This document shows, piece after piece, positions 24,113 through 38,322 of a stretch of 38,322 bases of DNA. The stretch lies in the sequence record DRR378314_2733; one strand, written 5' to 3'. The notes beneath the pieces are model-generated. The model did not search any database and had not been told where the DNA came from. It saw only the letters and a program-made list of their open reading frames with translations. The first letter of the stretch is position 1. Every line of letters starts with the position of its first letter. The position numbers and the translations under genes are program-made.

Positions 24113-24645
24113 GTTTGCTTTGTAAGTGCAAGCGCTTTTCGCTGGAATAGTTTCTCAAGTGCGAGAGAAAGCTGGGCACCTGCAATGCGCTCGCGTGCAG
24201 GAGGGCGAGGCGTGCAAGTGGAGGAGAACGTGCAGGGCCGTCACAAAGTATCTGCGTTCGCGCGTCTTTGCCCTTGCTCGTCGTTCCGTTTCGCGACGCG
24301 CGTGCGCTGCAAGTTTACAAACCCTACTATGCGAACCAATTTCTCATGTTGCGCCCTATCGTGCAAGGCGCACCGAGGCTCGCGGTCCCTCCACGACCGT
24401 CACAATGTGCTGGGCGGGGAATGTGGTGTGCGCGCTGCGCACCCTACACTGCGGCATGCAGTGTAATAGTATGCTGCACGTGCGCTATGCGCATTGGCTG
24501 TGTCTGCGGGGTCTTGTGTACTCTGCTGCCGTAGAGTTTCCGAGGAATTTGAAACGCGAACGCGTTGGGGCCGCAACGCCAACTCGGCAGAAAGGAAGCT
24601 TGTCGCCAGTGTATCGCTTCAGACTCCCGTCTGCAACGGGGCAAT

Positions 24646-27600
24646 TTATTCACAGCAAAAGTCCGTACGCGAATAGAATAAAAGGGAATCGATTTCCTGG
24701 AGAATCGACTCTGGAAGAGATATACTGAAAATACATTCAAAGAGAGCATCGCCGCCTATTTCCGCAACATGCTGCAACGAGAAGCCAGAGCAATGAGCAC
24801 AGACGCGAAAGTGGAGCCAAGTCAATTCCCTTGCGCATTCGGCAGCCAAGTACGGACGCGCTACATTGCGGCAATCGCCGTTTGCATGTGTTTGTGGCGT
24901 GTATGCAGCGGATGCAGGGAAAGGATGAGCGAATGTAGTTTGAAAGGAAAGGCAGGGACATTACTTGGCGCCTGGAAGCGCGATTTTGGTCGCGCATTGC
25001 CACAAATGGGATCGAGGGAAGCGTGGGGAGCAGGCAGAAGTGGCATGCTCGCGCGGAAAGGAGACACTTGCTTTCGATGCGCGGTCCTCATCGATCCATC
25101 TGGGAATCCATTCTTCGTCCATTTTGGTGCTCGTTGTTCCTTTGATTTGCAGAGCGGAGTCGGTGGTACTGTCAAGTAACACACGCTCTTGAGCACGCGA
25201 ATGAAGCAAACACACGGACGCGAACGAACCTCTTCGACGTGCCGGAGTAGGTATACGCACTCGCCCAGGTCGCTCCGACACAGCTCGCTGTCCATTGATT
25301 TGATGAGTCCGAGAGCGACTCGGAACAAAAACGGGGTATGATCAAGAAAATAGCAGTCCCAAACGCGACAAAGAACATCAAAAGGCAGCACCTTGGCGAA
25401 GAGGGTGAGCATCCATTCCACCAGGTACATGTCGGGAGTGATGCTGATCTCGTCGAAATGCTGCGCAACGTGCGGCAAGATGGCACTCAGCGCATTCTGG
25501 AAGCACGAGAAATGCCGCCATGGTGCCCCTTTGCCGAGTCGATAGAACGGGAAAAGTTCATCGCGGAGGCATAGATTGGCCAGAGCAACAAAGGCGGTGT
25601 ACGAATCGGGGAGGACAAGAACCAAAACCCCTCCGAGGTACGACATGCCCTGCACGGAATCCAGACGGCAAACGCAAGCATCGAACGCACATGCACGCGC
25701 GGAGACCCGAATGGGCAGGTGCATATGGCATCGCACAACACGACAATCGATAACGCAGTTAGCGCTCGAATCGAGAGAATTCCGTAGCAAATACAGACGC
25801 TAAGCAGCGAAGAAGAGCCGCGCAGCAGAGCAGGGCGTGGAGTTTCGCCCGCGCAGCTGGTGATCTAGCGAGCAACGTCGCCGCGATGGCGTCCACGCGC
25901 CGCATACGGTCCAGACCACACCGTCAGAACAGGGACACAGCAACAAACGAATCCACAGCGAAAACAGGTGCAAGCATCGAGCATGGATATCAAGTGTACA
26001 CGCGCACAGATAGAGCGCCGAATACCAAGGCGAAAAGAGGCAGCGCCCGCACACGAGTAAAGAGCGGCATGAGTTGTGCGTGTGCACGGGCCTTGGCGAA
26101 ACGATCAAACACAAGGAGCGCGTCCAATCACTTACCTGCACATATCCGAGATCCGGGCGAAAGAGCGCCAGTGCATCAAGGACCTCCTGCAACGTTGTTG
26201 TAAACGGACCACCTCGAGCAAAAAGCGCCAGACGAGAAAACGTCCTCGCGAGATCCACGTCAATCGCGGCGAGTGACCGCTTAGCGCCTGCGGAGGGAAC
26301 GCGCGAATCCCCGTCTTTCTCGCTCGACGAAGCACGTGCCAGCTCTGCACGGCGCCGATAGATTCGGTAAACCTCAGGCGTCATATTGAGGTCATTTCCG
26401 ATACTAAGCGGCCACAGCCGTGCTCTAGCTGCGGGCGGAAGGCCTTTGAGCCACCGCGTACGAAGCCGCGGCAGCTTGCGCGCACTCTCCCAGTGCGGCG
26501 CCACCTGTCGAAACCAAAAGTCTTTTTCCTTTGGGTCCATTTCCGGAGCCGTATTGGGAAGACCTGCTTCCGTGATCGAAGTGGTCTCCGACTTTGGGCC
26601 AGAAGTCACGGTGTAAAGCATATCGGTAGCGCTACTCAAGGAGGTTCCAGAAGCTGCACAGCCATTTGCAGACCTTGTCGCGGCGCACGCGACCGTGCTG
26701 TCTTTACCGCACGCAACCGTGCGCACCTACAACGATACAAGGCATCGCAAAATGCAGAACGGAAATAGAAAAAGAAAGAAAAGGGGAAGAGTACGGGTTA
26801 CCGCATGTCAGGGGTGTAGTAGACAGTACCTTTTACGTGTGCAACACAAGTGTGATCAGATGGAGGCGCCAAACTGCGAAATCTGTGGCGTGCCCTCCAA
26901 TCGCAGTGCCAAGCGTCCTTTGTCGCCGCAAATGTACCCAAGTGTGTTTCCTTCTGTGCGCCCGTTCTTTTCCTGTTTGCATTCACGCGCCAGGCTGCTT
27001 CATATAAGACAACGATATGCGAACGGATCTGTTCAAAATACAACGGCACTGCAAGTACTGCCAAAGGAGAGAAGAAAAAGGAAAACCGTATCGGATGCCG
27101 CCGAGGCATGCTTCTGCGTCTGGAGAAATATCTCCTGCGCTCACGCAAGCGCACAACGACGCGCATGCTGGAAAGCGGTGTTACGGCAGACGCTAGCAAC
27201 ACGAGCCATTCACATCGTCTGTCTGATTTCGCATTTCCAAGGCACAACGTGCGAATAAACTCACCCAGTACGGCGTCAGGTATTCTACATGCTGCGGTGT
27301 GTGACAGCTTTCTCGATTCCCATGCCCAAGTTGGCCACAGTCTCCATTTCCGACCGTGTACAGGGAGCCCTGGTCATCCAGAATTGCCGAGTGGTAAGCG
27401 CCTGCGGCGACGTGCGTCATTTTCGCGCGCCCTGGAATCGCGCCGCGCTCGAGCAGGACAGGCGAGCTGGCGGGCTCTGCGGCTCCACTTCCTCCCATCG
27501 ACCCCGTCGTAGCAGCGCCGATCCCCCAGTGAACGAGCTGGTCTTCGACAATGTCGCTTCCTGTGCTACACACGGCGATGCAGTGGTAGTACCCGCAGGC

Positions 27601-28682
27601 TATTCGGAGGCACGGACCGACTGCACGGCACAGGTCGGCGATCGGGCGCGGCTCCAGCTCGTCGCGCAGCTCTCCGTGTCCGAGCTGGCCATCCACCCCG
27701 CGACCCCATGTGAACACGATGCCTCGATCGTCAACGGCAACCGAGTGCGCGAAGCCAGCGTCAAGCTGCACGATAGTGGAGTCGGCGAGGGCGGGAACCC
27801 GCTGCGGTATCGGGACAATCTCGCCGGACGATCCTGCTCCCAGCCCGAGGCGCCCGTTGAGCCCGAGGCCCCACGCAAACAGCCGACCGTCTGGCGTTGC
27901 GGCAAGACAGTGCGACGCTCCACACGCAACCATCATGATGCGAAAATGTGCGAGAGCTTTCAACGGCGCCGGCTCGCGAGCAGTGGTTGTGGCATAACCG
28001 AGGCCAAGCTGGCCGTCCTTGCCGCTGCCCCACGTATACACAACTCCATCTTGCGACGCAGCGATTGCATGCGATGCAGCGCACGCGATTGCTGTTATAC
28101 GACTCCCCTCTAATGCTCTGCGCATGGACAGGGCGCGCATTGGTGTTGGCGACGTGCGCCTCTCGGTGGTGTACGACCATTCCGACGTGCCCACGGTGAC
28201 CGGTGCAGACGACGCCGGGCGCCGTCCCCACGTGTATACGTCGCCGTCCGCGGATGCTGCAACGGAATGCTCTTGGCCGATCGCAATGGCCGTTACAGAA
28301 ACATGGCGTAAGCTTTTGAGCTCCTTGCATACAGTGGACGAACATCCAAACACGAACGTTCGAAGTTCTGGAGATTCTGCACACGCGCAGCGACCACATT
28401 GTACAGATAACGCGTGAGGGGAGCACACGCAACGCCTGGAGCGCAAGCGTTTCCAAGTCCGTCACGCGAGCGACCAGCAGTGTTGGTGAACAAACTTCAA
28501 GCGGAGGATCACCACTTGGCTCAGCGACAATCTCCCGTGACTGAATTGGCTTACACACAACGGCATATGGCTTGCCTTGTCCAGCGGCATCGTCCATGTA
28601 CAGCAGTGCGCGCGAGTGGCGAATGCGGAGGATGCACGTCGCTTGCGACGCGCACTGCGAAGAGCCTACCTTGTTCTTCCAT
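24646..28682 (-). CDS. RCC1-repeat plus TBC (TBC1D12/14-like) Rab-GAP fusion protein (~753 aa, 5 exons)
   Basis: Exons 28682-28670 (MEEQ, inferred), 28376-27265, 26726-26136, 25649-25230, 24771-24646 total 2262 nt. RCC1 repeats (VACG.SH...G.VYTWG.G..GQLG.G) then GLPP..RARLWPLSIGNDLNMTPEVY, IDVDLARTF, RPDLGYVQGMSY, YLVEWMLTLFAK.LP....RVWD. Confidence 0.85.
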
Positions 28683-29398
28683 GACTTTCCGACAGCGACG
28701 CGTGCACGATCGATCCCGATGCCACGCGGCGACCGCGCGCACGCGTTTATAATGTGCTCACGTAGACCACACGCGTATGTACCGGTAAAACAGGTAGAAA
28801 CGCGCAGGGAAGCCTCCCATCAGCGTCGAAGACTTGCTCGGTCCGATCCAAGGTGTGAGCAAGGCGTTGCCGATGCGCGCGCTCGTATTCTGCCCGAGCA
28901 CGAGCAGCTGCTTGCGCAGCGCCTGCAGCGTGATACGACCAGGCGACTGCCGTAGCTAGGCGACACGCGAAATAACGATGCAGTTGTACTGTGAAACGGA
29001 AGAAGTACAAAGCTACCAGGTGTGACTGGGAAACCGAGCGCTGCGCTGGGCGGCACGGGTCCTTGCGCGCGTCGCACGCGTTGTGCTTGGGCTGTGGCAG
29101 ACAGCAACGCGCTCGCGTTGCGTGCTCGACCTTGGCGCGGAGATCATGCGGCAAAGAGCGGGATGCGAGAAGGTAGGGTTTCACAATTGGTTGCGCTGTT
29201 CGAGCGCCCCACCCAAATTGACTGTATCCACTGCACAATAGGAGTCTGCTATGGTTGACTTGTAGAGCGCAGGCAGGTGGAGCACCTCATTGCCGCGCGT
29301 GCTCCAGCTTGCCGGCGGCACGGGCACCCTTGCGGGCGGGGTTTGGCTGCTTGCTCGGATTCCGTCGTGCGCGGTGTCGCTGGTGCAGCCACGGTGCC
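28683..29398. promoter_or_regulatory. Putative bidirectional promoter between the two TBC genes
   Basis: 716-bp divergent spacer containing TGTGAC (29021) and TAGGGTTT (29174-29181). Inferred from geometry. Confidence 0.5.
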
Positions 29399-31818
29399 AT
29401 GGGCGACGCAGCAAGGCGCAGGCAGGACCTTCTTGCTCTTGTCGAGCAAGGCGGCGGCAGCACTTCGTTGCATCGCCTGCGAGAAGAAGTGGTGAATGGC
29501 GGTGCTATTCCAGGTGAATTAGATGCGGTGCGTTTCTGCCGGAAGGTCGATGCGGCGCGTGCGGGCGCTGTGGTTGTTGCTCGTGTTGCGCCTGTTGCCG
29601 AGAGCTTGCGCACACTGCGTTCTCCAGATGGGCCGCAAGCAGCTTACTTTGTGCTCCGCGCGGCCGCTGGCTTGCTGCGCGAGCGTTCCGCGGCTACGCC
29701 GCCTTCTCCTTCTCCGTTGTACTTGCTGACTTTCCGAACCTCGATATGTGCTATTCTCTCGTCCGACGGTTGTTCTTGGTGATATGGGGGCCTTTGAATG
29801 GTGCGAATCCTTTCTTTCTTTCCTGTTTTTATTTTGGTGGGCGCAGAAAAATGTTGTTGTAGATTATCATGGGCGCCCGTGGCGCGGCGAAGGCGTTCCG
29901 CTGACGCTCCGTGGTATTATTTGGGCAACGCTTCTTGGCGTTGGTAGAGTACGTTGCCGCGCTTTCTCGTATTCGAATGTGAGGGCTTCCGATCTATTTT
30001 TTATGATGTTCCGCATTCCGTTTGCTGGCGTGGGGTGGAGGCATTCTCCTCATTGTTGTGGACGGGAGAGCTTGTGCGCCAATTCATACGCGCGTCGTAC
30101 TTGTGCTTGTCTAGCGCCGACGCCTTGCCCTGCCGTACAGCGCCGCTGCGCTTGCGTTGAGCCCCATGTGCCAACTGCGGCTGCTGTTCGTATGCGTGCG
30201 ACCAGCGCCACATCCCCGTGCGTTTGCTCTAAAGTGATTCTTTGTTATTATTCATACCGTCTCTGTGTTCGCCGTTGAGCGGCTCGTTGGTCCTCGTGCT
30301 CCGCTGTCGTTCGAACGCTCTTTGCGCTCTGGTCGGGACCGCTAGCTCCGCGCGCGCTTTGGTCACTCGCCACCTTTCGCGCTCGCTCGCCTGCGCAATG
30401 TCCTGCTGTGCTGCGCTGCCCGCACAGGAGGATGCTGAGCGGTACGCTGCGTTGATCGCGCGCGGCCGATCGAAGGAGTTTGGCCAAAAGATTGGAAACG
30501 ACACGTTTCGAACATTTATGCGCGACAAGATGTTTCACGCTCGTGTTCCGGAGGAAGCGTTGCACCGGATTTTGAATGCCTTTGTGAATGAGCACCGCGC
30601 TCCATTTCTGTATGTCCAGGTATGTGCTGGCGCTCGTTCGCTCCGTGCGCCGCCCGTATTGGTTGTTGAGTCCTTAGCCGGCCCGAGAGAATGCAATCAG
30701 TCGCGCATTTTGTTGGTTAGTATGACGCCCAATATTTGTGGCGTCAGCGTGGTTCGCGGAGCTTGTCTTTCGTGGGGACTGTTGCGCCCTCTACTCCGCG
30801 TCGCGGTCGGCTGTTCGGCTCGTCGGCGGACGGCGGCGCCGTTCTGGCGCTCGGGCCTTGTTCGCGAGCCCTGCGCCGCGGCAGCAGCTGCCGACGCCGG
30901 GCAAGGCGTGTGTGCAGTTCAGCCTGCCGTTCTTGCTCCGCAATGATGCGTATGTCATATTTTCCCTGTTGCATTGCGCTTCTGTTGCACGTACGCCGGC
31001 GCGCTGTTGTGCTTTGTGCGGTGGACTGCAGGGCATGAATGTGCTTGCAGGGCCATTTTTGTATGTTCTGCCCGAGCCTGTTGCGTATGCCGCTTTCGCG
31101 CGGCTGTTGACGCAGCACTGCCCACGCTACGTGTACAAGGACCTGGAAGGTGTGCGGGACGCTTGTAAGGTACGCGTGACTGGAGCGCTTCGATTTACAT
31201 CGCAGCAAGGTGTGATGGGCGTCTTGCGCTCGTGTTCTCACTGGCGGTCCTGGCCGCGTGCGACCCGGGGTGCTTTTTCTTCGCAGATTGCGGACGAGTG
31301 CCTGGACGTGCTGGATCCCATGCTTGCGGAGCACTTGCGCGGACGGCATTTGACCGCGCAGATTTATGCGTTTCCTTCGATACTGTCGCTATGTGCATGT
31401 ACACCACCATTGGAGGAAGTGTTACACCTGTGGGACATTTTGTTTGCTTCTGGTGTGCACCATGTGGTGCTCTGTGTCTTGGCGCAGGTGCTGGCACTGC
31501 GCGACGAGCTCCTCGCCTCGGACAGGTACGTCCTTCGCCCGGCAACGTAGAATATACAAGCCTGTTTTGGAGCCATTTCACGACCCCGGGGATTATAGAT
31601 TTAGCTGTCATGCGCCAGAGGAAGCAATCTGTGCTCATAGTTGATGGATGGGTGCCTTGTCCCATGCTCGCCTGTTCTTTTGCAGCCCGATGAAGCTGCT
31701 GCGTACATTTCCTCCACTCGACGGCAGGCGCGTCGCTGGCAGCGCGCTCGCCCTTGCTGCGCAGCTGCCGCCGGCGCTGTATGCGCGTCTGGTGGCGCAT
31801 CCAGTCGAAACAAAGTAG
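29399..31818 (+). CDS. BUB2: BUB2/Cdc16-family TBC-domain GAP (~310 aa, 6 exons)
   Basis: Exons 29399-29527, 29847-29948, 30428-30619, 31032-31169, 31287-31525, 31686-31818 total 933 nt (an alternative in-frame exon1/2 junction 29513/29863 also exists). Motifs LRGIIWATLLGV, KIGNDTFRTF, YVQGMNVLAGPFLYV, IYAFPSILSLCACTPPLEEVLHLWD, SPMKLLRTFPPL...LY.RLV.H. Confidence 0.9.
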
Positions 31819-32188
31819 GCGGAGCAAGCGCGCGCGCGCAGTTTCTACTCTGTGGGATTTAATGTGATGCATGGCTGTGTGCGTATGTATAGATGCGAAA
31901 AATTGCCGCTCCGGATTCAGAACACGTGTGGTACAATGAATGAGCTCGCTTCGTGCGCGCGTGCTGCGTCGTGCCGTTCGCACGAGACGTTGCAAGTGCT
32001 GGGGTGGGAGCGTGGAGTACGCAGTGCAGCGCGGCGATTCACCGGCGCACCGGGCGTATGGCGGGGATGCGATTCTCCTTTGCTTGTGCGATGGTTCATT
32101 TCGTTCCACGAATGGCGCCGCCTGCAGACGGCCGCGCTGGCATAGTGCTAGAAACGGTCGCGCGATCTTGTCCCGCTCCCGCTGGGAA

Positions 32189-32206
32189 AACAACAACAAC
32201 AACAAC
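32189..32206 (+). repeat. (AAC)6 microsatellite in the BUB2/ATP2 convergent spacer
   Basis: aacaacaacaacaacaac read directly. Confidence 0.85.
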
Positions 32207-32311
32207 CCTAACAACAGCACATCGAAAGTGCTGCAATATCCAAAATGAGGCGAGGGCTACTCCGCCGCAAGGCGAGCGGCCATGGCTCAGCTTCGATCGG
32301 GCTTCTGCCAC

Positions 32312-35593
<3,282 letters not shown>

Positions 35594-36140
35594 TGTGGTC
35601 ACACAAGCTAGTGAAACGCGATATACGCGGAAATTGAGACCCGTGCTCGAGCGTATGTTCGCTCGCACGGTGCTGTTGCTCGGGCTGTCTGCAGCGCTCC
35701 AGTCACCAGCGGTAGTAGTGCACACCCAGGCTTCCTCATGGGCTGAATCTAGGCAGATTCTTATCACAAGGACTTCATTTCATGATTCTACTAGGGGTAA
35801 GATAATTCTGACGACCAAGTCCCGGATTTCTCTCTTCCATATGAGTATTGGTTGGCGCGAGGGTTTCAATGAGTGTTTTGCTACAATGTATCAAGCTTTG
35901 CCGTTGTGACCGTAGGTAATACTAGGGGTCATTGTAGAGGGATTTCTTCCGTCTGGGTTTCAGATAGGGGTGGTAAACTCCCTGGAAATGCTGTGTTGCT
36001 GCGACTCCTCTCTGCGCAGGCGGCTGCTGCAGATACAGGCGCTTCCACTGCCCTCGAGCACGTTCGGCGCGCGCAAGCGGTATCGCGTGTTTTGCTTCGC
36101 TGCGACCGCACAGAGAGAGTGTGAGCTCCTGACGACAGCC
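35594..36140. promoter_or_regulatory. Bidirectional promoter shared by F1 beta and F1 delta genes
   Basis: 547-bp spacer with inverted copies of CTCGAGCACG-N18-TATCGCGT (35651-35616 on -, 36053-36088 on +) and three TAGGGGT motifs in a CpG-poor centre. Confidence 0.7.
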
Positions 36141-36623
36141 ATGTTTCTCTCACGCATGACCCGCCCGCTTCGCCGTGCTGCGGAAACAGCTGCGGCAGCT
36201 GGGGCGATTCCTTCCAAATTGAAGCTTAACTTTGCCGTGCCGCACGAGCAGGTGTTCCGCGACGCGGAAGTCGATCAGGTTCTCGTCCCTGGCCGCGCGG
36301 GCATGTTCGGCGTGCTTCCCGGGCACGTTCCCACGATTGCCGAGCTGTCGCCTGGAGTCGTCTCGGTCTTCAACGGGGACACCCGCGATAATTTCTTCAT
36401 CTCGTCTGGATTCGCCTTTGTGCATGCTGAATGCGCAGATATCTGCGCGGTCGAGGCAGTAAAGATTGCGGATCTCGATCCTTCGGCTGTGAGCAAGGGC
36501 GTCGAAGAGTTCCAGCAAAAGGTTGCTTCCGCGCAAAACGACGAAGAGAAGGCGCTCGCCGAGGCTGGTCTTGAGGTATACACGGCGATGCAGAGCGCGG
36601 TCGATGAGTACGGAAAGAACTAA
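36141..36623 (+). CDS. ATP16: Mitochondrial F1-ATP synthase delta subunit precursor (bacterial epsilon homolog), 160 aa, intronless
   Basis: Presequence-like MFLSRMTRPLRRAA, then KLKLNFAVPHE, GMFGVLPGHVPTIAELSPGVVSV, FFISSGFAFVH, AVEAV...LD and a C-terminal helical hairpin. Confidence 0.95.
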   Translation: MFLSRMTRPLRRAAETAAAAGAIPSKLKLNFAVPHEQVFRDAEVDQVLVPGRAGMFGVLPGHVPTIAELSPGVVSVFNGDTRDNFFISSGFAFVHAECADICAVEAVKIADLDPSAVSKGVEEFQQKVASAQNDEEKALAEAGLEVYTAMQSAVDEYGKN

Positions 36624-37526
36624 ATACTGGCGGAATCGACGTGTAGCTCGCTAGATTGCGCACTGGAAGAGATGGCGGTGGAGAAGTGGCGCGTGCTCTG
36701 CTGAAAGCTGCGGCGGTGAGCGCCTGGAAATCGCTCTGGCAGCCCACTGTGCCAGCGGTGCGCTGGAGCGCGTGTGTTACTGCGTTGTGCCTTGTTCTCC
36801 TCCTCTCTGGGTTTCGGTGGTTTTCGCTTCCCTATGCATTATTCGTGGCCAATTCCTTTTTTGTCCAATGTATGTGAGCTGCGATTTCGTGCGCGTGGGA
36901 TGTCGGACTGAGTACTTTATGCGAGGAAAATAAGAACAATATCACGTCCTGTTGTTCCTGCCGTGCGGTCTGCGCGTGCCCGGCCGGCAGGTGCAGGGCC
37001 CCCCAAATGCTGTAGCGAGCCCGCACCTTGAAGCGTTCTCGTGCGACGTGGGGCGCGCGCTGCGAGCAAAGAGGCCAGCTCTTTCCTGTAATGTGCTTTG
37101 CTTATCGCGATGGGTTAGCGCATTTTTTTCGCGGGCTTTTCTTTGCCTATCACTTCTGCGACTGCTGTGCCTGATGCTGTGTCAGAGGGTCCGTGCGGTG
37201 CCAGTGCTTGTGAGCGCGTGTACACTGGTGGCACTGTGCGCCGTTGTGCCTGTGCTGCGGTGCGGGTGCGGCTGTCGTGCGAGCCTTGGGTCATAAATGA
37301 ACGTGCGCGCTGAGTCTTCTGGCTGCCATTCACCTTTCTACCCAGTCACCAATGTTGCTTTGCAGTGTGCTCGCGCTCGCCGTAGAATTTCATTCCCCTG
37401 GGCAGATGCAGCAGGGTGAGTATGCCGCTACGGTGGGCGCGGGAGGCAACTGGCGCTTCGCGCAGGAACCGGGAACACTGTATTCGAGGAGGTGCGGAAG
37501 CACCACGGAATTCACTGTGGCGGCGC

Positions 37527-38320
<794 letters not shown>

Positions 38321-38322
38321 GC

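Noticed and set aside
32189-32216. AACCCTAAC within the AAC microsatellite as an interstitial telomere
   Set aside because: Single unit, explained as an interruption of the microsatellite.

Overview
Gene-dense, GC-rich, CpG-rich nuclear DNA from an intron-containing eukaryote, most likely an aerobic flagellated protist (lineage not determinable by eye). I assembled 13 protein-coding genes by hand from ORF fragments and phase-consistent splice sites: COG4(-), proteasome beta-4 PSMB2(+), stand-alone FHA protein(-), succinyl-CoA ligase alpha(+), SIRT2-like sirtuin(+), Tctex-type dynein light chain(-), LRGUK-like LRR protein(+), CCDC77(-), RCC1-propeller/TBC RabGAP fusion(-), BUB2/Cdc16 TBC GAP(+), mitochondrial F1 beta(-), F1 delta(+), and the 3' part of dihydrolipoamide dehydrogenase(-). 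Ten of the 13 genes lie in head-to-head pairs, three of them functionally matched. The strongest observations are (i) the F1 beta/delta divergent pair, whose 547-bp spacer carries a mirror-image composite motif CTCGAGCACG-N18-TATCGCGT facing each gene, and (ii) an RCC1 seven-blade propeller joined within one exon to a catalytically intact TBC domain. No RNA genes, mobile elements or CRISPR arrays were recognised. Family assignments rest on recalled motifs, not database searches, and exon models are unverified by transcripts.
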